This document shows positions 16,280 through 22,527 of a stretch of 25,344 nucleotides of DNA, one piece after another (positions within the stretch are counted from its first letter, which is position 1; each line of letters starts with the position of its first letter). The notes beneath the pieces were generated by a model that searched no databases, had not been told where the DNA came from, and saw only the letters and a program-made list of their open reading frames with translations. The DNA is from Candidatus Diapherotrites archaeon CG10_big_fil_rev_8_21_14_0_10_31_34 (lineage in GTDB: Archaea > Iainarchaeota > Iainarchaeia > Iainarchaeales > 1-14-0-10-31-34), in the NCBI GenBank assembly GCA_002763225.1, contig PFAI01000021.1, forward strand, positions 6,296 through 31,639, read 5' to 3'. A program made the translations under genes and the position numbers.

Positions 16280-17134
16280 TCAAACCGTAAATGTTTCAAT
16301 TACTGTATGATATTTTTGTGTCAGTTTCTGTATTATTTTAGTTGAATCTTCTTTTGTTTTTGGAAAACAAAATACTGTGCTTCCTGAACCGCTCATTAAA
16401 ACTTTAAAAGAATTTTCTTTCATTATTTCTTTGACGTGTTTTATTTCAGGAAAATCTTCTAAAACACTGAACTCAAAATCATTATGCAAAAGTTCAGCCA
16501 GTTCTTCAATTTTTTTTCCTTGTTCTATTGCTTTCCTTAACTTTTTTGAAGCCAAAACTTTCCCTGATTTCTCATAGTTTACTTTTGAGTAAGCTGTTGG
16601 AGTTGAAACACGAATTCCCGGATTGCATACAAGAACTCTTGTTTTAGGAAAAGATTTTATTTCAGTTATTTTTTCTCCTCTTCCAGAAGCAAAACAAGTT
16701 TTACCATACAAAAAGAAGGCTACATCCATCCCGATTTTTTTTGTTGTTTCCTGCAAGTCTTTTTCATGCATTTTTATTTTCCATAATTTGTTTAATCCTT
16801 TGATTACTGCTGCTGCATTACTGCTTCCTCCTCCAAGGCCTCCTGCAACAGGAATTATTTTGTTAATTGATATTTCAATTCCTTTTTCTATTCCATAAAC
16901 TTCTTTTATCAGTTCAGCTGCTTTCCATACAAGATTTTTTTCGTTTAACGGCACTTCAGGAGCATTGCATTTAATTATAATTTTGTTTTCATTTAATTCT
17001 TTCAGGATTATTTCGTCTTTTAGTTCCAGTTCCTGCATTATCATTTCCAGTTCATGATAACCGTCAACTCTTTTTTTGATTATATCTAAAGTTAAATTAA
17101 TTTTTGCCGGAGAATCAATTTTCAGTTCGTTCAT
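16280..17134 (-). CDS. ispE: 4-(cytidine 5'-diphospho)-2-C-methyl-D-erythritol kinase
   Basis: PAKINLTL...DGYHEL, IPVAGGLGGGSSNAA, G.DV.FF, NDFE, MSGSGSTVF. Confidence 0.95.
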   Translation of the reverse strand: MNELKIDSPAKINLTLDIIKKRVDGYHELEMIMQELELKDEIILKELNENKIIIKCNAPEVPLNEKNLVWKAAELIKEVYGIEKGIEISINKIIPVAGGLGGGSSNAAAVIKGLNKLWKIKMHEKDLQETTKKIGMDVAFFLYGKTCFASGRGEKITEIKSFPKTRVLVCNPGIRVSTPTAYSKVNYEKSGKVLASKKLRKAIEQGKKIEELAELLHNDFEFSVLEDFPEIKHVKEIMKENSFKVLMSGSGSTVFCFPKTKEDSTKIIQKLTQKYHTVIETFTV

Positions 17135-17198
17135 TTAAATTCACTAAACTTTTTTTTAATTCATTTTTTTATTGTTTTTTCTTTTTTTGTTTATTTTT

Positions 17199-17831
17199 TC
17201 AATCTATTACTCTTACATCAACTGCAATAACCTCTTTTTCGTTTGCAATTAATGGATTGATATCAATTTCTTTTATTTTTTCTTTCATCATTAAATTATT
17301 TACTTTGATTAAAACATACTCTAGTTCTTTCAAATTAATGCTTTTTTCTCCGCGGATTCCTTTTAGTATTGGATAACCTTTTATTTCTGAAATCATTTCT
17401 TTTGCTTCTTCATGATTAATCGGGCAGATTCTCAGAGAAACATCTTTCATTAATTCAACAAAAATGCCTCCTAAACCAAATAAAATGGTTGGGCCAAACT
17501 GCTGGTCAATTTTTCCTCCAACTATTATTTGTTTTCCTTCAATAAATTGCTGAACAAAAATTCCCTGTATTACTGCTTTAGGTTTTTTCTTTTTCACATT
17601 TTTTATTATTAAGTTATATTTTTGTAAGGCTTCTTTTTCGTTTTGAATATCTAATTGTACTCCGCCGACATCGCTTTTATGTGAAATGTCTTTTGAAATA
17701 ATTTTGAGTGTTATTGGATAACCTAATTTTTTTGCTGTTGAAATTAATTCTTTTTTGTTTTTAACCAGTTTTCCTTTAACAAATTTTATTCCGTATTTTT
17801 CAATCAGTTTTTTTGATTCAATAAAATCCAT
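17199..17831 (-). CDS. acdB: ADP-forming acyl-CoA synthetase beta subunit (ATP-grasp)
   Basis: GYPITLKI.S..ISHKSDVGGV, FGPTILFGLGGIFVE..KDVS, EIDINPL. Confidence 0.9.
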   Translation of the reverse strand: MDFIESKKLIEKYGIKFVKGKLVKNKKELISTAKKLGYPITLKIISKDISHKSDVGGVQLDIQNEKEALQKYNLIIKNVKKKKPKAVIQGIFVQQFIEGKQIIVGGKIDQQFGPTILFGLGGIFVELMKDVSLRICPINHEEAKEMISEIKGYPILKGIRGEKSINLKELEYVLIKVNNLMMKEKIKEIDINPLIANEKEVIAVDVRVID

Positions 17832-17927
17832 ACACTTAATATCAGGCTTAAACTTAATTTAAATTTTGCCTTAATCCAGTCTTATTTTAAATTAAATCCA
17901 CCTTTTTTTATTTAAAAAGGAAAAGAA

Positions 17928-19199
17928 ATGAGTATTATGGTTAAATTAAAGGCTTTGGGCGCAGCAAGAGAAGTTGGAAGAAGCTCTTTTTTGCTTGATG
18001 TAGGAGAAAAAATATTGTTTGACAGAGGAATTAAATTAGGTCATGATGAAACAGAGTATCCAATGCTTGTTAAAACTAATCTTGATGCAATAGTTATTTC
18101 TCATGCTCATTTGGATCATTCAGGCAATCTTCCTGAATTATTCACTAAATCTAATTCTTTTGTTTATATGACAATGCCTACTTTAGATTTAAGCAAAATT
18201 TTATGGTTTGATTCACTTAAAATAGCAAAATTTGAGGGAATTACGCCAGAATTTTCTCCTTTAGAAATAAAGAAAGCAGAAAAATATACTTTTGCTTTGC
18301 CTTACCGAAAAAAAGTTTTTTTAAGTGAAAACACTTCGCTTGAATTATTTGATGCAGGGCATATTCTTGGTTCTTCAATGGTTAAAGTTGAATCAGAAAA
18401 AAAAAGTGTTGTTTATTCCGGAGACTATAAAATGCAGTCCACCAGACTGTTTAACGGATTAGACAAAAGAATTGGCAAGGCAGATGTTTTAATTACTGAA
18501 TCAACTTATGGAGACAGAAATCATTCAGACAGAAAAGAATTAGAGAAAGAGTTTGCAGAAGAAGTGCAGGAAACAATTAACAGAGGAGGACATGCAATGA
18601 TTCCTGCTTTTGCTGTCGGCAGAAGCCAGGAATTAATTGATATTTTGTTTGAACATAAAGTGGATGCAGAAATATTTTTTGATGGAATGGGACAAAAAGT
18701 TGCAAGAACTACTTTAGAGTACCCTGAATTATTAAAAAACCCAAAAAGTTTAGGGAAAGCATTGCATTTAGTTAACTGGGTTTCAAAAGGAAAAAGAAAA
18801 CCTGTTTTAGACAAGCCAAGTATTATTGTTACTTCAGCCGGGATGCTTGAAGGCGGTCCAATAATGTGGTATTTAAAAAAACTTTATCAGGATAAGAATT
18901 CAAAGATTTTTTTGACTGGTTATCAGGTTGAAGGCACTAATGGAAGAAAGCTGTTAGAAAAAGGAATAGTTGATATTGACGGAGAAAGACTTAAAGTTGA
19001 AAACCAGGTTAAAATGTTTGATTTTTCTGCTCATGCATCCCAGGATGAATTAATTGATTTGGCTAAAATAGTTAATCCAGAGTTAGTTGTCTGCGTTCAC
19101 GGAGATGAAAAAGTAATTAATGTTTTCCAGAAAAGGCTGAAAAACGAAGGATTTAATTCTGTTGCGCCAAAATTAGGTCAAGAAATAAAACTTGATTAA
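17928..19199 (+). CDS. MBL-fold beta-CASP ribonuclease (aCPSF-like, no KH domains)
   Basis: EVGRS, SHAHLDHSG, AGHILGS, SGD, ESTYG, PAFAVGRSQE, GYQVEGT, FSAHA, VHG. Confidence 0.93.
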   Translation: MSIMVKLKALGAAREVGRSSFLLDVGEKILFDRGIKLGHDETEYPMLVKTNLDAIVISHAHLDHSGNLPELFTKSNSFVYMTMPTLDLSKILWFDSLKIAKFEGITPEFSPLEIKKAEKYTFALPYRKKVFLSENTSLELFDAGHILGSSMVKVESEKKSVVYSGDYKMQSTRLFNGLDKRIGKADVLITESTYGDRNHSDRKELEKEFAEEVQETINRGGHAMIPAFAVGRSQELIDILFEHKVDAEIFFDGMGQKVARTTLEYPELLKNPKSLGKALHLVNWVSKGKRKPVLDKPSIIVTSAGMLEGGPIMWYLKKLYQDKNSKIFLTGYQVEGTNGRKLLEKGIVDIDGERLKVENQVKMFDFSAHASQDELIDLAKIVNPELVVCVHGDEKVINVFQKRLKNEGFNSVAPKLGQEIKLD

Positions 19200-19200
19200 A

Positions 19201-19986
19201 ATGAGTTCTTTAATTGAAATACTCAGAAACTCTTTTGTTGTATTAAAAAAAGAGCCAAAGCTTTTTGTTCCAAAAATTTTTCTTTCTTTATTATGGGGAG
19301 CCTTTTTATTGTATTACACTTTTTTTTTAAAAGAACTTTTGCAGGAAAACAGTTTGTTTCAGAACACAGTTAGTGCTTCTTTAGCTCAGGGATTTCTTTT
19401 AAAACTGTTTTTTTTGTTTGGGATTTTTTTGATTATTTTTGTCATTGACAGCATAATTAATTCTGCTTATCCTTTAATGATTCAAAATTATCTGAACAAA
19501 AAAAGTTTTTCCATTGTGCTTTCAGTTAAACTTGTTTTAAAAGACTTTTTTAAAGTGATTATCCCAATAATTTTTTCTTTTATTTTAATGATAATTGTTT
19601 TGATTCCTTTTGTTGCAGTTTTTGTTTTATTTGTTTTTCAAAAAAACTTTTTGTTTTCAACTGTTATGGCTGTAATAACTTTTATTGCAACAATAATTCT
19701 TGCAGTAATTTTTTACTTTATTTATCCTGTTGCAGTAATTGAAAAAAAAGGCCTGATTTCAGTTGTTAATACTGTGAAAAAAGCAAGAAAAAATTTAAAA
19801 GAAGCTTTTTTTGGAACATTTATTTTTTCAATTATTAGCTTGATTTCGGCTTTAATTGTTTCTTTTGCTGAAACAGATACAATTAGTGTTATTGCTTTAA
19901 TTGTTTTTGCTTTATTAAGAATTATTACAGCAGTTTTAGCAACTTATTCAATGGTGTTAAATCCTTTGCTGTATTTTAAGAAGTGA
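19201..19986 (+). CDS. Multi-pass membrane protein
   Basis: About six hydrophobic segments; ATG 1 nt after the upstream stop. Confidence 0.8.
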   Translation: MSSLIEILRNSFVVLKKEPKLFVPKIFLSLLWGAFLLYYTFFLKELLQENSLFQNTVSASLAQGFLLKLFFLFGIFLIIFVIDSIINSAYPLMIQNYLNKKSFSIVLSVKLVLKDFFKVIIPIIFSFILMIIVLIPFVAVFVLFVFQKNFLFSTVMAVITFIATIILAVIFYFIYPVAVIEKKGLISVVNTVKKARKNLKEAFFGTFIFSIISLISALIVSFAETDTISVIALIVFALLRIITAVLATYSMVLNPLLYFKK

Positions 19987-19991
19987 ATTAA

Positions 19992-20687
19992 ATGTTTAAG
20001 TTTTGTCCTAAATGTGGAAAAAAAGAAGGCAATTTTATTAAAGGTTTTTGTCAGGACTGCTTTTTGCAGGACAACAAACTATTGATTTATCCGGATAAAA
20101 TTCAGATTGAATGCTGTAAGAGATGTGATAAAATTAAGATTCAAAGGAACTGGATTGAATTGCATTCATTTGAATTAACTGATTTTTTGAAAACAAAAAT
20201 TAAAGCAAAAGAGTTTGAATTACAGGAAATTGAATTTGAATTAGAAGAAGCAGAAAAAAAAAATTTTAATGCTTTAATTGAAGCCAAAGGATTAATTGAA
20301 GGGAATCCTTTAATGCTTACAGGAGTCATAAAATTACAGTTTGTTTCAAGCATCTGTGATTCTTGTATGAAAATTTCTTCTGATTATTTTGAAGCAACTT
20401 TTCAGTTAAGGTTTTTAGATAACAAAACTGACAGGAAAGTTATTCTAAATAAAGTTGAAAACTTGATTCAAGAAATGAGCAAAAAAGACCCTTTATCCAG
20501 AATAGTTAAATTAATTGAATTAAAAAATGGTTTTGATTTGGTTTTGAGTTCAAATCGTTCAGCTAAAATTTCTTCAGAAAAAATAGCAAAACAATTTAAT
20601 TCTAAAATAATAAAATCTTTTTCTGTTGTTGGAGTTGATAAAACAGGAAAAGAAAAAAGAAGATACACTTATTGTGTGAGAATTTAA
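19992..20687 (+). CDS. nmd3: NMD3 family protein
   Basis: FCPKCG, CQDC, CKRC, CDSC...YFEATFQLR. Confidence 0.9.
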   Translation: MFKFCPKCGKKEGNFIKGFCQDCFLQDNKLLIYPDKIQIECCKRCDKIKIQRNWIELHSFELTDFLKTKIKAKEFELQEIEFELEEAEKKNFNALIEAKGLIEGNPLMLTGVIKLQFVSSICDSCMKISSDYFEATFQLRFLDNKTDRKVILNKVENLIQEMSKKDPLSRIVKLIELKNGFDLVLSSNRSAKISSEKIAKQFNSKIIKSFSVVGVDKTGKEKRRYTYCVRI

Positions 20688-20728
20688 TAATCCAAAGAAA
20701 TCCACTGCTTTTAAACAGTGAAAGAACG

Positions 20729-21433
20729 TCATACTTCAAATCCTTTTAATCCTTCAAGTATTTCCTGCATTGGTTTATTTGAAATAATTAAAGGAATTTT
20801 TTCTATTTCAGCTATTTTTATTGCTAAAGGGTCAACTTTTTTTTTTAATCCATGCAATACAATTATTGATGGAGTCATATCAGTTGAAAACCTTCCGATT
20901 TTAACTGCAATCATTGGGCTTCTGCCGTTTTCCACTGACTGAAAAATTAATGCTCTTTCAGGAGTTTTTCCGTATAACTGCATGTATTCATGCACTGGAA
21001 TATCCAGTATTACTTTTAGTGAATCAATTACTGTATACCCATAAATTGTTGTTTCTTTTAGTTTGCTTGGGTTAGCCATAACTTTTCCGTCAATTTTTTT
21101 TAGAAAGTCCTGTCCTTGTACTGCTGCAGAAAATTCATGTACTCCAAAAATTTCTTTTGATGGCTTAAAATCTTTTTCTAATTGTTTTCTTACTTTTCCG
21201 CCTCTTTTTTCATCAATCAAAATCAATGCACTTACAAGTCTTTTTACTATTCCTATTCCAGGACTTTGTCTTCTTCCTCCTTCATAATCAGAAATAGTTG
21301 AACTGCTTACTTTCAAATAGTCAGCTAATTCGGTTTGAGAAACTCCAAAGATTTCTCTCCATTTTTTCATTGCTCCGCCTGGCTCTTTGCTTAAACAAAT
21401 TTCTCCAGCCATAATAGATGAAAGCTTGTCCAT
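20729..21433 (-). CDS. Archaeal XRE-type HTH regulator (COG1709-like)
   Basis: MAGEI..S..PG.AMKKWRE.FGVSQ...ISDYEGGRR.SPG; GYTVIDS; GRSPMIA. Confidence 0.9.
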   Translation of the reverse strand: MDKLSSIMAGEICLSKEPGGAMKKWREIFGVSQTELADYLKVSSSTISDYEGGRRQSPGIGIVKRLVSALILIDEKRGGKVRKQLEKDFKPSKEIFGVHEFSAAVQGQDFLKKIDGKVMANPSKLKETTIYGYTVIDSLKVILDIPVHEYMQLYGKTPERALIFQSVENGRSPMIAVKIGRFSTDMTPSIIVLHGLKKKVDPLAIKIAEIEKIPLIISNKPMQEILEGLKGFEV

Positions 21434-21529
21434 GCATTAACTAAGAAAAAAACACTTAAAAAGCCTTTACGTCAATCGCCATTTAAAAAGGTTTTATTCT
21501 TCGACAAATGTTATTTTGTTTATATTAAT

Positions 21530-21677
21530 GCCTTGTTGAAAACAGGGCGATATATTTCGTTGCCGCCGGGCAAAACAGCGAAACGTTTATTGTAGTGCTA
21601 TCACAGATAGCACGCTCCCTTCCGACAGCTGGGCTGAAAGCCCTGCACCGTTACACCCGCACGGAAGCGGGTAACGG
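21530..21677 (+). ncRNA. Unidentified structured RNA candidate
   Basis: GC-rich island of consecutive stems; three G-U pairs all favour the plus strand. Confidence 0.5.
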
Positions 21678-21882
21678 GCCCACCGGGAGTCGAACCCGGG
21701 TCCACAGCTTACAACTTTTTCCAAAAGTTGTATCAAAAACAGTCCTTCGGACGTGCACAACTTTGTTGTGCTTTAAGCATCATCTGAACCATTGCAGTAC
21801 GACTGAAAGTCGTACGTTTTGTTACACCTTTTGGAAAAGGTGTTTTAGGAGGCTGTCATCCTATCCACTAGACTATAGGCCC
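21675..21882 (-). tRNA. tRNA-Arg(CCU) with a 136-nt insertion at about 37/38 (21710-21845)
   Basis: Acceptor GGGCCTA/TGGGCCC, G73 and A20 Arg identity elements, anticodon stem ACAGC/GCTGT, loop CT-CCT-A, T-loop TTCGACT. Confidence 0.9.
21711..21843. mobile_element. MITE/REPIN-like insert forming the tRNA-Arg intron
   Basis: Imperfect 27-28 bp terminal inverted repeats (21711-21738 and 21817-21843), each itself palindromic; three internal hairpins. Confidence 0.55.
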
Positions 21883-21914
21883 AAACAAATTGTTTAAAGA
21901 TAATTTTAAAGAGT

Positions 21915-22184
21915 TTATTGGCCTTTGAACCATTTTTCGTATTGTTTGTGGTTTCCAACAAAATGAATTTCTTTTTGCAGTTCTTCTTCGTTTTGATAAA
22001 AAGCTATTCTGTATTGCCCAACTTCTTCTACTAAAACTTTTGATTGTTTCAGCCCTCTTGCCATTAAAGGCTGTTTCATTTGACTAAATTTTTTTAAAAT
22101 TCGTTTTTGGATTTCTTTGTCAAATTTTTTAAAGTGCTTGTCCCATTCTTTCTTGAAAACCAGTTTCCAAGGCATTAATTCCAA
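21915..22184 (-). CDS. RelE/ParE-superfamily toxin
   Basis: WKLVF...FKKFDKEIQKRILKK...VGQYRI...VGNH...Y. Confidence 0.8.
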   Translation of the reverse strand: MELMPWKLVFKKEWDKHFKKFDKEIQKRILKKFSQMKQPLMARGLKQSKVLVEEVGQYRIAFYQNEEELQKEIHFVGNHKQYEKWFKGQ

Positions 22185-22189
22185 TTAAT

Positions 22190-22438
22190 TCACTTGTATT
22201 CGGCTAAAGCCTTTTCTTCGCTTAAATATTTTTCTCCTTTTTTGTTCATTTTGCCTTTTTCTTTCATTATTTTTCTTTCAACTAACTCTAATTCAATGTC
22301 TTTGACGAGTTTGTATTCCCTGTTTAAAGCAAAAACTCCCATTCGCAAAGCACTGGTTTTTGATCGAGCTAAACCTAATTCAACTGCTTTGGTTAAAATT
22401 AATTCATCTATTCCTTCAAATTCAACTGTAGTTCTCAA
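22190..22438 (-). CDS. RHH-type antitoxin
   Basis: RTTVEF...AVELGLARSKTSALR, ending KYLSEEKAL; GGTGA RBS and TTG start; directly upstream of the toxin. Confidence 0.75.
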   Translation of the reverse strand: MRTTVEFEGIDELILTKAVELGLARSKTSALRMGVFALNREYKLVKDIELELVERKIMKEKGKMNKKGEKYLSEEKALAEYK

Positions 22439-22440
22439 AG

Positions 22441-22466
22441 TGCATCACCATGCATTAATAATGCAT
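22441..22466. promoter_or_regulatory. TA operator candidate
   Basis: ATGCATTA-A-TAATGCAT perfect inverted repeat 22450-22466; TGCAT at 22441, 22451, 22462. Confidence 0.6.
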
Positions 22467-22527
22467 CAAAACACTATTAAATATATGTATTGAATAAAAT
22501 TGTTTTAAATTAATTGATTTTTTTGGC

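Noticed and set aside
12964..17851. Shared TCAGGCTTAA upstream of two minus-strand genes (near 12970 and 17842)
   Set aside because: Only two instances, before unrelated genes; could be chance.
21530..21677. 5S rRNA, SRP RNA (CGGAAGGGAGC and UGUAA on the minus strand), RNase P RNA or an HDV-like tRNA-trailer ribozyme
   Set aside because: No 5S or RNase P conserved blocks; the helix-8-like segment does not pair properly and the region is too short for SRP; no room for HDV P2; G-U pairs favour the other strand.
21710..21845. Group I intron, hammerhead ribozyme or C/D-box guide in the Arg intron
   Set aside because: Too short, with no terminal G or P7 core; no CUGANGA/GAAA core; AUGAUGC is only box-C-like and has no matching CUGA.
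21595..21897. 100-aa plus-strand ORF
   Set aside because: Antisense to tRNA-Arg and spans structured RNA; atypical composition.
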